NCBI GenBank assembly: GCA_964246835.1
Contig: CAXTRT010000019.1
Location: forward strand, 5,918-69,917
Direction: 5' to 3'
Origin: an uncultured Acidobacteriaceae bacterium
Lineage (GTDB): Bacteria > Acidobacteriota > Terriglobia > Terriglobales > Acidobacteriaceae
DNA length: 64,000 nt
Shown here: piece after piece, positions 56,675-64,000 of the stretch
Position numbering within the stretch: the stretch's first letter is position 1
Layout: each line of letters begins with the position of its first letter
Program-made: the position numbers and the translations under genes
The notes under the pieces: generated by a model
The model's input: only the letters and a program-made list of their open reading frames with translations
The model's database searches: none
Told to the model about the DNA's origin: nothing

Positions 56675-57787
56675 TTACAAGACGGCTGCGATGGGCTTCC
56701 AGTTTCGTTGCTGCGCCTCGGCGACGGCGGCGTAGGTGAGGTGGCCGGCGTAGGTGTTGACGCCTTCGGCGATGCCGGGGTCGGCCTGGATGGCCTGCTT
56801 TGCACCGTGGTTGGCGAGGCGGAGGACGTAGGGGAAGGTGGCGTTGGTGAGGGCGAGGGTGCTGGTGTTGGGGACGGCGGCGGGCATGTTGGTGACGCAG
56901 TAGTGGATGACGCCTGAGACCTCGAAGGAGGGATCGGTGTGGGTGGTGGGGCGGGCGGTCTCGATGCAGCCGCCCTGGTCGATGGCGACGTCAACGACGA
57001 CCGCGCCGCGCTTCATCTTATCGACCATGGCGCGGGTGACGATCTTGGGTGCGGCGGCGCCGGGGATGAGCACGCCGCCGATGACGAGGTCGGCTTCGGC
57101 GGTGGCGGCGGCGACGTTGTAGGAGTTCGAGGCGACGGTGAAGACGCGGCCGGAGAAGATGTCGTCGAGCTCGCGCAGGCGATTGAGGTTGTTGTCGAGC
57201 AGGGTCACCTTGGCGCCCATGCCGAGGGCGATCTTGGCGGCGTTGGTGCCAACGATGCCGCCGCCGATCACGCAGACATTGGCCGGGGCGACGCCGGGGA
57301 CGCCGCCGAGCAGGAGGCCGCGGCCGCCGTGCTCCTTCGTCAGGTACTGCGCGCCGATCTGCACGGAGAGACGGCCGGCGACCTCGCTCATGGGGGTGAG
57401 GAGCGGGAGGGTGTTGGCGCGGTCGCGGACGGTTTCGTAGGCGATGCCGGTGACTTTGCTGTCGACGAGGGCGCTGGTGAGATCGGTGAGCGGCGCGAGG
57501 TGCAGGTAGGTGAAGAGGAGGAGGTCGGGGCGGAAGTATCGGTACTCCTTCTCGGTGGGCTCCTTGACCTTAACGATCATGCCGGCGAGCCTCCAGATGT
57601 CGGGTGCGCCGCCGACGATCTCGGCTCCGGCCGACTGGAAGAGGTCGTCGGGCATGGCCGAGAGCTCGCCGGCGTTGTGCTCGACGAGGACAGTGTGGCC
57701 GGCCTCGGTGAGTGCCTTGACGCCCGCGGGTGTAACGCCTACGCGACTTTCGTGATCCTTCACTTCCCTGGGGACGCCGATAACCAT
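56675..57787 (-). CDS. ald: alanine dehydrogenase
   Basis: ATG 57787 (AAGGAGA upstream) gives [26 protein letters not shown] site [12 protein letters not shown]. The upstream 122 codons of the track ORF are not Ald-like. Confidence 0.92.
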   Translation of the reverse strand: MVIGVPREVKDHESRVGVTPAGVKALTEAGHTVLVEHNAGELSAMPDDLFQSAGAEIVGGAPDIWRLAGMIVKVKEPTEKEYRYFRPDLLLFTYLHLAPLTDLTSALVDSKVTGIAYETVRDRANTLPLLTPMSEVAGRLSVQIGAQYLTKEHGGRGLLLGGVPGVAPANVCVIGGGIVGTNAAKIALGMGAKVTLLDNNLNRLRELDDIFSGRVFTVASNSYNVAAATAEADLVIGGVLIPGAAAPKIVTRAMVDKMKRGAVVVDVAIDQGGCIETARPTTHTDPSFEVSGVIHYCVTNMPAAVPNTSTLALTNATFPYVLRLANHGAKQAIQADPGIAEGVNTYAGHLTYAAVAEAQQRNWKPIAAVL

Positions 57788-57920
57788 GTGTGCCGAATCT
57801 CCTTGCTCACTTGATTGTAGCGAGGGCGAGTGGATTGATGCGAGGGTGGCGACTGCCGGGGATAGTGTGCATGGCGGAAGCGGCTTGGGGTAGGCTCGGA
57901 GGCAGGCGGAAGGGGCTCGA

Positions 57921-59252
57921 TTGAAGACAGCGGAACGAGAGGGGATGAGCGCGCGGGCGGCAACGCGGAAGACGTTTCTGCTGTATCTGGCGGTGAGTGT
58001 TGCGGTCTCGCTGGCGGCGATGCTGGCGTTCAACTGGGGGTCACGCCACAACTCTGTGTTTACGCTCTCGAACTTTGTCGGGCCGACGGCGCTGACGCTG
58101 CTGCACGGGCAGGGGCTGACGGTGTGCTCGGTGGGCCTGGGGACGGTGGGCAACCCGATCTGCTTTCATGCGGCACGGATGCCGGTGCCGTCGGCAGTGG
58201 TGGCGCTGGGCGCGGGGCTGGCGGGCGATCGCCTGCTGTGGGTTGGGCTGCTCAAGCTGCTGCTGTTGCTGGCTCCGCTCGAGGCGGCGGCGTTGCTGGC
58301 GATCGCGGCGCTGCCGGCGGCGGGATGGCGGCGAGTGGCGGGTTTGGCGATGCTGCTGCTGCCCTTTGTGATGACGGCGTTTCTGGCAGATGTGGTGAAC
58401 CTGCAGGTGGAGGAGGGCTACTCGTACAGCCTGCTGGCGCTGGCGACGGCGTTGGTGCTGTTTCGTCCGGTAGGTGCGGTGAGTTGGCGACGGGTGGTGG
58501 TGTTTGCGGTGTCGGCGGCGGGGCTGTATCTGGCGAAGAGCTCTATGGCGCCGGCCGTGGCGGTGCTGACGATTGCGTTTTTGTGGCCACTGCGGGGGCG
58601 GTCTGCGATGGTCGCGGCGACGCTGGGAGTTGTGCTGCTGGCGGCGGGCGGATGGGCGGCGTGGCAGCACCATGCGGCGGGGCGGTACACGCTGGGAACC
58701 AGTATTGACGGCGTGAACCTGCACAAGGGCAACGATGAGCTATTTCTGGCGCACTATCCGCCAGCGGCGGGCGAGACGCTTGACAGCTACGACCCGGCAC
58801 TGAATCGCGGGCTGTACTTTCCGAATGAGTGGAGCTTCAACGACTACCATCAGCGGGCGGCGATTCGGTTTATCAAGACGCATCCGCGTGCGACCGCGGA
58901 GGGCGACTGGCGGAAGCTGGAGGTGGTGCTGTTTTCCGTGCGCAAGCTGGGATCGAGGCCGCGCGCGGGAGTGATGGAGGCGTTTGAGGTGGGTGGCAAC
59001 GTGCTGTTCCGGCTGCTGTTCTGGGCGGCGCTGCTGGTTGCCGTGCGAGTGCTGTTCCGGGACGCGCAAGACGGCTTGCGAGCTGCGGCGGCTGCCTTTC
59101 TGCTGCTGGTGGGGGCGGTAGCGCTGCCGTATGTGGTGGGTTTCGCGTATACGCGCCATGTGAGCGTACTGATCTATCCCTCGGCTCTGCTGCTGTGCCG
59201 GGTGCTGGCTGCCACCTCGCAAACAAGAGCTGAGCTTAGGGATTACACTTAG
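57921..59252 (+). CDS. polytopic membrane protein of unknown function
   Basis: 443-aa ORF with about 10 hydrophobic segments and one soluble loop ([17 protein letters not shown]...[17 protein letters not shown]). Start is TTG 57921 or ATG 57945. Any GT-C-like glycosyltransferase role is only a guess. Confidence 0.55.
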   Translation: MKTAEREGMSARAATRKTFLLYLAVSVAVSLAAMLAFNWGSRHNSVFTLSNFVGPTALTLLHGQGLTVCSVGLGTVGNPICFHAARMPVPSAVVALGAGLAGDRLLWVGLLKLLLLLAPLEAAALLAIAALPAAGWRRVAGLAMLLLPFVMTAFLADVVNLQVEEGYSYSLLALATALVLFRPVGAVSWRRVVVFAVSAAGLYLAKSSMAPAVAVLTIAFLWPLRGRSAMVAATLGVVLLAAGGWAAWQHHAAGRYTLGTSIDGVNLHKGNDELFLAHYPPAAGETLDSYDPALNRGLYFPNEWSFNDYHQRAAIRFIKTHPRATAEGDWRKLEVVLFSVRKLGSRPRAGVMEAFEVGGNVLFRLLFWAALLVAVRVLFRDAQDGLRAAAAAFLLLVGAVALPYVVGFAYTRHVSVLIYPSALLLCRVLAATSQTRAELRDYT

Positions 59253-59337
59253 GCGAACTCCCCTTTCTGCAAGCGAGGATTGCTCCACTTTCATGTCTTC
59301 CAATGGATTTCAGACCCGCTACAGCCGCATCCACAAC

Positions 59338-60357
59338 ATGCGGTCGCTCTTCAGCCTCTTTTCCAGCGACCTGGCGATTGACCTGGGGACAGCGAACACG
59401 CTCGTCTTCGCGGCCGGCAAAGGCATCATCGTCAACGAGCCCTCAATCATTGCGGTGAACCGCAATACGAACGAGGTGGAGGCGGTGGGCAAGGAGGCTA
59501 AGGACATGCTGGGGCGGACGCCTGGCAACATCATCGCCATCAAGCCGATGAAGGATGGTGTGATCGCCGACTTCAAGCACACCGAGAAGATGCTGAACTA
59601 CTTCATCCACAAGGCGCATAACCGCAAGATGATGGTGCATCCGCGGATCGTGATTGGGGTGCCGAGCGAGATTACGCAGGTAGAAAAGCGGGCGGTGATG
59701 GACTCGGCCTACCGAGCCAAGGCGAGCGAGGTGCATCTGGTGGAGCAGGCGATGGTCGCGGCGATCGGCGCGGGTCTGCCGATCACCGAGGCCGGCGGCA
59801 ACATGGTCGTGGACATCGGCGGCGGAACGACGGATATTGCGGTGATCTCGCTGGCGGGTATTGTGTATTCGCGGTCGGTGCGGATGGCCGGCAACCAGAT
59901 GGATGAGGCGGTCTCAACGTATCTGAAGCGCAAGTACAACTTGCTCATCGGCGAGCGGACGGCGGAGCAGATCAAGATCGAGCTGGGGAGCGCGTATCCG
60001 CTGGACCGGCCGCTGACGATGGAGGTCAAGGGTCGCAACCTGATCGAGGGAGTGCCGAAGACGATCACGATTGAAGACTCGGAGATTCGCGAGGCGTTGG
60101 GCGAGTCGATCGCGACGATCATCAATGCGATTCGGGTGGCGCTGGAGCGGACGCCGCCGGAGCTTTCGGCGGATATCTCTGACCGCGGCATTGTGCTGAC
60201 GGGCGGTGGGGCGCTGATCAAGAATCTGGATAAGCGGATTCGCGAAGAGACCGGGCTGCCGGTGTCGATTGCGGATGATCCGCTGGCGAGCGTGGTGCTG
60301 GGGACGGGGCAGATGCTGAATAATTTTAAGCTGCTGCGGAAGATTTCGATCGATTAG
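59338..60357 (+). CDS. mreB: rod shape-determining protein MreB
   Basis: ATG 59338 gives MRSLFSLFSSDLAIDLGTANTLVF. Also VVDIGGGTTDIAV and GIVLTGGGALI. Confidence 0.93.
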   Translation: MRSLFSLFSSDLAIDLGTANTLVFAAGKGIIVNEPSIIAVNRNTNEVEAVGKEAKDMLGRTPGNIIAIKPMKDGVIADFKHTEKMLNYFIHKAHNRKMMVHPRIVIGVPSEITQVEKRAVMDSAYRAKASEVHLVEQAMVAAIGAGLPITEAGGNMVVDIGGGTTDIAVISLAGIVYSRSVRMAGNQMDEAVSTYLKRKYNLLIGERTAEQIKIELGSAYPLDRPLTMEVKGRNLIEGVPKTITIEDSEIREALGESIATIINAIRVALERTPPELSADISDRGIVLTGGGALIKNLDKRIREETGLPVSIADDPLASVVLGTGQMLNNFKLLRKISID

Positions 60358-60369
60358 GGTGTGCTTTGG

Positions 60370-60433
60370 GTACGTCGCTTCGCTCCGTCGTGAAAGGCAA
60401 GTGCGGGGATTCTTCGCTGCGCTCAGAATGACA
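60370..60433 (+). repeat. composite family-1 repeat (two units)
   Basis: GTACGTCGCTTCGCTCCGTCGTGAAAGGCAAGTGCGGGGATTCTTCGCTGCGCTCAGAATGACA is 61/64 identical to 38774-38837. It lies between the convergent mreB and corC genes. Confidence 0.9.
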
Positions 60434-60492
60434 ATTCTGAGTATTTATGACACCTCAAGCGTTCGCGACAATTTGAGTGTTCCTGCTTAGTT

Positions 60493-61947
60493 CTACTCGG
60501 CTTCGGAGATTTCGGCGAGCGTGATGCGGATACGGTCGATGCGGCGTTCGGTGGCGGCCAGGACCTGGAAGCGGAGGCCGTGCTCTTCGACGACCTCACC
60601 TGGGTGCGGGATGTGGCCGGCCATCTCGGAGACGAGGCCGCCCAACGTGGTTGCTTCGTAGCCGTCGCCGAGGCGCTGGATGACGTCTTCGCGCGGGTCG
60701 TCGGATGAGAGCACTTCGTCCTCGTTTGGAAGCTCGGAGGATGAGTCCGCGTCCGGCGAGAACTCTGTTTTGCGAGACGGGCTGGTCTGATCGGAGGTTG
60801 CCTGCTCCGATCGCGGCGCGGAGGCTCGCACTTGCTCGAGCAGCAGATCGCGCAGGCGTGGAATCTCAAAGGTGCCGCTGACGACGACCGAGCCATCCTG
60901 CGCCACTGTGGCCAGGTCTTGATCCTCGGGTGTGTCGTGCTCGTCGTCGATCTCGCCGACGATGGCTTCGAGCAGATCTTCGATGGTGACGAGGCCGGCG
61001 ATGCCGCCGTACTCATCGATGACGAGCCGCATGTGCTGCTTCTCGCGCTGCATCTCGCGCAGCAGCTGGGCGACGTTCTTGGTCTCGGGCACGAAGGCGG
61101 CGGGCCGCTCGATCTCGGCGACGGTGCGGCTGCTGGCGTCGGTGTCGAGCACCTGCAGGAGATCGTGCGCGAAGGCGATGCCGGTGATCTCGTCGAGGGC
61201 TTCGGCGTAGACCGGAACGCGGGAGAAGGGGTGATCCTCGATGGCGGCGGTGAACTGCTGCAGGGTAAGCGAGCCGGGGACGGCGAAGATCTCAGGCCGT
61301 GGGGTCATGACCTCGCGGACGAGCTTGTCGCCGAACTCGACGACCGAGCGGACGAGCTCGCGGTCGGACTCTTCGAGGATGCCCTCTTCCTCGCCGGCCT
61401 CAAGCAGGGCGTCCATCGCTTCCGAGGGGTGCTCGGCTTCGGTGTGATCTTCGGGTTCGGCGAGCGCGGCGATCGAGAGCAGCAGGCCCAGCGCGAGGAC
61501 GACAGGCTGCACCAGGTAGAAGAGCGCGAACAGCAGGTAGCGCAGGCGCACCACCCATGTGCCCACGGTGCGGGTGAAGAGGATCTGCGGAATGAGGCGA
61601 TCAAATACGAGCAGCAGCAGGATGAGCTCGGCGGAGGTGCGAGCGATCTGCGCGAAGCCGGGCGCGTGAAGGATTGTGTGCTGCGCGGGATCGTGCGTGT
61701 AGAGGTTGAAGCCGAAGAGCAGGGCGATGCCGGCGAGCGAGAGCTGGCGCAGGATGGAGGCGGAGAGCGCGGTCGCCTCGCGGCCGAGGCGCAGGCGTGG
61801 CTCCAGCAGCTGCTCCCAAGAGTCGATGTTGTCCTGGTACTCGCGGGCGAGAAACTTGCCCATCTCGGAGTAGATGCGATCGACGTAGGCGGCGAGGGTG
61901 AGGATGCAGAGCAGCGCGGCGACTGAAAGCAGATAGGGAAGGCTCAT
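60493..61947 (-). CDS. CNNM/HlyC-CorC family transporter (DUF21 + CBS pair + CorC_HlyC)
   Basis: N-terminal 4-TM DUF21, CBS pair (VREVMTPR...LLREMQREKQHMRLVIDEYGG), and a C-terminal CorC_HlyC domain interrupted by a Ser/Asp/Glu-rich stretch. Confidence 0.85.
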   Translation of the reverse strand: MSLPYLLSVAALLCILTLAAYVDRIYSEMGKFLAREYQDNIDSWEQLLEPRLRLGREATALSASILRQLSLAGIALLFGFNLYTHDPAQHTILHAPGFAQIARTSAELILLLLVFDRLIPQILFTRTVGTWVVRLRYLLFALFYLVQPVVLALGLLLSIAALAEPEDHTEAEHPSEAMDALLEAGEEEGILEESDRELVRSVVEFGDKLVREVMTPRPEIFAVPGSLTLQQFTAAIEDHPFSRVPVYAEALDEITGIAFAHDLLQVLDTDASSRTVAEIERPAAFVPETKNVAQLLREMQREKQHMRLVIDEYGGIAGLVTIEDLLEAIVGEIDDEHDTPEDQDLATVAQDGSVVVSGTFEIPRLRDLLLEQVRASAPRSEQATSDQTSPSRKTEFSPDADSSSELPNEDEVLSSDDPREDVIQRLGDGYEATTLGGLVSEMAGHIPHPGEVVEEHGLRFQVLAATERRIDRIRITLAEISEAE

Positions 61948-62495
61948 CGGGCCGACCGGCCTGTCGTGAGCGCGACGGCTGGCTTTTGGGAGAGTTTTCT
62001 TATGGGTGCGGATTTCACCGCGCGAGACTTCGCGGGTGTGCCGAGCGTGCGGCCGAATGTGCGATCGATAAGGCCATTTGGAAGGCGAAGCTGGGTGCGC
62101 AGGGTGAGCTCGCGCGCGGCCATCTCGCCTGTGTCGGTCTCGTGGTCGAGGCCAGAGAGATGCAGCAGGCCATGCAGGATGAGGATTTTGATCTCCTGCT
62201 GGAGGTCGTAGCCGAAGTGCCCGGCCTGGCGGGCGGCGGTCTCAAGCGAGATGGCGAGATCGCCCCCGTGCTGCCGGGCGGCGGGCAGGCCGGGGATGGG
62301 ATCGGCGGGAAAGCTGAGGACGTCGGTCGGCTGATTTTTTCCGCGGAAGGTGCGATTGAAGCGCTTGAGTTCGGCGTCGGTGGTGAGCAGCACGGAGATG
62401 GGGGCGGTGAGGCCGATGAGGGTGCGTGCGCGGTTTAGGAAGCGCGTCAGGGAGGGCCTGGAGAGCGAACTACTAGGAGGGTCGATGGTGATCAT
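61944..62495 (-). CDS. ybeY: rRNA maturation endoribonuclease YbeY
   Basis: TDVLSFP and the Zn motif HGLLHLSGLDHE. 4-nt overlap with the downstream corC-like gene. Confidence 0.9.
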   Translation of the reverse strand: MITIDPPSSSLSRPSLTRFLNRARTLIGLTAPISVLLTTDAELKRFNRTFRGKNQPTDVLSFPADPIPGLPAARQHGGDLAISLETAARQAGHFGYDLQQEIKILILHGLLHLSGLDHETDTGEMAARELTLRTQLRLPNGLIDRTFGRTLGTPAKSRAVKSAPIRKLSQKPAVALTTGRSAR

Positions 62496-62601
62496 CGGAG
62501 AGGCGGGTGGCTCCTACTACAAAGTGCTGGAACATAAGGGCTAGAACAGAAATGCTAAAGATGAAGTATTGAGAGATAAGTAGTGGAGGTTGCCATGGCG
62601 G

Positions 62602-62862
62602 TCAGCTCTTCTGGCTGCCGAAGTAGAAGCCCAGCACGGTTCCAAGCACTGAGGTGACGGCCGGCAGAATGGCTTGCATGGCGTCCTTGACACGGACCCA
62701 GGTGGTATCGATCGAGCTCGCGGCGAAGCTGAGGTAGGCGATGACGACGGCGAGAAACATGACGATTGCGATGATGGCAACGGTTCCCCGAACTCCTTCG
62801 CGCGCCCGATCCGGATCATAGCTGCCGGTGTGAAAGGGGTTGGGAGAAAAGGGATCGGACAT
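62602..62862 (-). CDS. small two-TM membrane protein, unknown family
   Basis: 86 aa. TM1 GTVAIIAIVMFLAVVIAYLSFAA, TM2 AILPAVTSVLGTVLGFYFG. Its ATG shares one nucleotide with the upstream stop (TGATG). Confidence 0.55.
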   Translation of the reverse strand: MSDPFSPNPFHTGSYDPDRAREGVRGTVAIIAIVMFLAVVIAYLSFAASSIDTTWVRVKDAMQAILPAVTSVLGTVLGFYFGSQKS

Positions 62863-63062
62863 CAGGCGATTTCCTTGAGCTCCGTAAACTTGCCGTCGCG
62901 TTCGACGAGGAGTTTGCTGCCCTGATCGTGAACCGTATCCGCGACGAAGTTTGCGATGTTCAGGCTCTTCGTCAGAGCGGCGTCGAGATCGTCGGCACCT
63001 AGCTTTTGTTGAAGAATCTGGAGCTTAGAGATGACCTCGGGTGAAAAGTGCGTGGCGCTCAT
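62862..63062 (-). CDS. small soluble protein, unknown family (possible ribbon-helix-helix-like)
   Basis: 66 aa from ATG 63062 (GAGG 6 nt upstream): MSATHFSPEVISKLQILQQKLGADDLDAALTKSLNIANFVA... This could be a short strand followed by two helices; the fold call is a guess. Confidence 0.5.
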   Translation of the reverse strand: MSATHFSPEVISKLQILQQKLGADDLDAALTKSLNIANFVADTVHDQGSKLLVERDGKFTELKEIA

Positions 63063-63094
63063 ACGAGACCTCACTGACGGCAGCTTAGCATTTC

Positions 63095-63104
63095 TCTCCG
63101 GAGA
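63095..63104. promoter_or_regulatory. TCTCCGGAGA palindrome with an extra adjacent GGAGA half-site
   Basis: Perfect 10-bp palindrome 33-42 nt upstream of ATG 63062. The plus-strand context is TTCTCTCCGGAGATGGAGAA, so TTCTC/GAGAA form outer arms. Confidence 0.3.
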
Positions 63105-63200
63105 TGGAGAACAGACTCTGCCCGCTCGCGCCCGCTTCTCCCGCGCACATCGCTTTCGCTGCTGTTGAAGAACACCTCCGTGTGCAGGAGAAGATCTGCC

Positions 63201-63226
63201 GAGGCGTCCGAGGGTGAGGACGCCTC
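63201..63226 (-). terminator. perfect 9-bp hairpin just after the phoH stop
   Basis: GAGGCGTCC-N8-GGACGCCTC, 12 nt downstream of TAA (63241-63239). No U-tract. Confidence 0.35.
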
Positions 63227-63238
63227 CGCAGGGCGGCT

Positions 63239-64000
63239 TTACTGCGGCTTGGCAGCGGGCACGAGAGCAGGCTTGGGGCCGAGAACGGAGTCGTGCGGAG
63301 CTCCGTCCAGAGCGAGGGGAAGCTCCTGCTGGTGGGCGCGGCTGTAGTTATCGTAGGCGCGGACGATGCGCTGCACGAGGTGGTGACGGACGACGTCCAC
63401 ATCTTCAAAGTGGCAGAAGTGGATACCTTCGACGCCATCGAGGACGCGCAGGGCGTCGAGCAGGCCGGACTTTTTCGGGTTGGGAAGATCGGTCTGGGTG
63501 AGGTCGCCGGTGATGACGGCCTTGGAGTTATTGCCGAGGCGGGTGACGAACATCTTCATCTGCTCGATGGTGGTGTTCTGTGCTTCGTCCATGATGATGA
63601 AGGCGTCGGAGAGGGTACGGCCGCGCATGAAGGCGAGCGGGGCGACCTCGATGACGTTGCGCTCGAGGAGTTTGTCGACCTTCTCCTGATCGAGCAGATC
63701 GTAGAGGGCGTCGTAGAGCGGGCGGAGGTAGGGGTCGACCTTCTCCTGGAGTGAGCCGGGAAGGAAGCCGAGGCGCTCGCCGGCTTCGACAGCCGGGCGG
63801 ACGAGGATGATGCGCGAGACTTTTTTGGCCATCAGCGCGGAGACGCCCATGGCGACGGCAAGGTAGGTCTTGCCGGTGCCGGCGGGGCCGAGACCGAAGG
63901 TCATGTCCGAGGACTCGATGGCTTCGACGTACTTGCGCTGATTGGGGCTGCGCGGCTGGACCATGCGTTTGACGCCGGCGGAGCGCTGCTTGCCGGAGTC
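63239..64000 (-). CDS. phoH: PhoH-like ATPase (YbeZ), N-terminus beyond window end
   Basis: Walker [33 protein letters not shown]. The frame stays open from 63964 to 64000 ([12 protein letters not shown]). Confidence 0.9.
   Translation of the reverse strand, partial: DSGKQRSAGVKRMVQPRSPNQRKYVEAIESSDMTFGLGPAGTGKTYLAVAMGVSALMAKKVSRIILVRPAVEAGERLGFLPGSLQEKVDPYLRPLYDALYDLLDQEKVDKLLERNVIEVAPLAFMRGRTLSDAFIIMDEAQNTTIEQMKMFVTRLGNNSKAVITGDLTQTDLPNPKKSGLLDALRVLDGVEGIHFCHFEDVDVVRHHLVQRIVRAYDNYSRAHQQELPLALDGAPHDSVLGPKPALVPAAKPQ

Noticed and set aside
58041-58724. 227-aa minus-strand Arg/Gln/His/Pro-rich ORF
   Set aside because: It is antisense to the polytopic membrane protein gene. The composition is not protein-like.
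60832-61926. 364-aa plus-strand ORF
   Set aside because: It is antisense to the CorC/CNNM gene, which has clear DUF21/CBS/CorC motifs.

Overview
GC-rich bacterial chromosomal segment. Its content suggests an Acidobacteriota (Terriglobia-like) genome, which is an inference from three things: CarboxypepD_reg-type TonB-dependent receptors without SusD partners, many glycoside hydrolases, and a dispersed ...TTCGCTGCGCTCAGAATGACA intergenic repeat family. I call 49 protein-coding genes (two run off the window edges), one tRNA-Ser(GCU), one transposase remnant, two dispersed repeat families, and a few hand-found promoters, operators and hairpins. There is no rRNA, CRISPR array, intact mobile element or recognisable defence system. 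Content from left to right: (1) a glycan-degradation block (GH2 fragment, giant GH13-like enzyme, GH2, two divergent GH29 fucosidases, GH63-like hydrolase, TonB receptor), interrupted by a tightly overlapped nadA-nadB-nadC-cysteine desulfurase operon; (2) an uncharacterised cassette of a GT2 glycosyltransferase, a PIG-L deacetylase and an acyl-CoA-dehydrogenase-like::NodS-like methyltransferase fusion, which is the best candidate for undescribed biology here; (3) a WtpABC-like molybdate/tungstate transporter with an excisionase-HTH+TOBE regulator, then kdsC; (4) ackA-xfp and hemE-hemH-hemY; (5) purS, ppa, an APC permease, and tRNA-Ser with an IS remnant flush against its 3' end; (6) a GH127-TPR-TonB receptor-LacI locus; (7) two paralogous SDR genes, each with its own divergent regulator (ArsR-type, TetR-type); (8) an NtrY-like kinase, ald, mreB, and a corC-ybeY-phoH operon that carries an inserted pair of small translationally coupled ORFs. 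Most long ORFs in the track that lie antisense to these genes are GC-driven artefacts. Non-CDS coordinates were counted by hand from ORF anchors and may be off by 1-2 nt. All family assignments come from motif recognition, not from searches.
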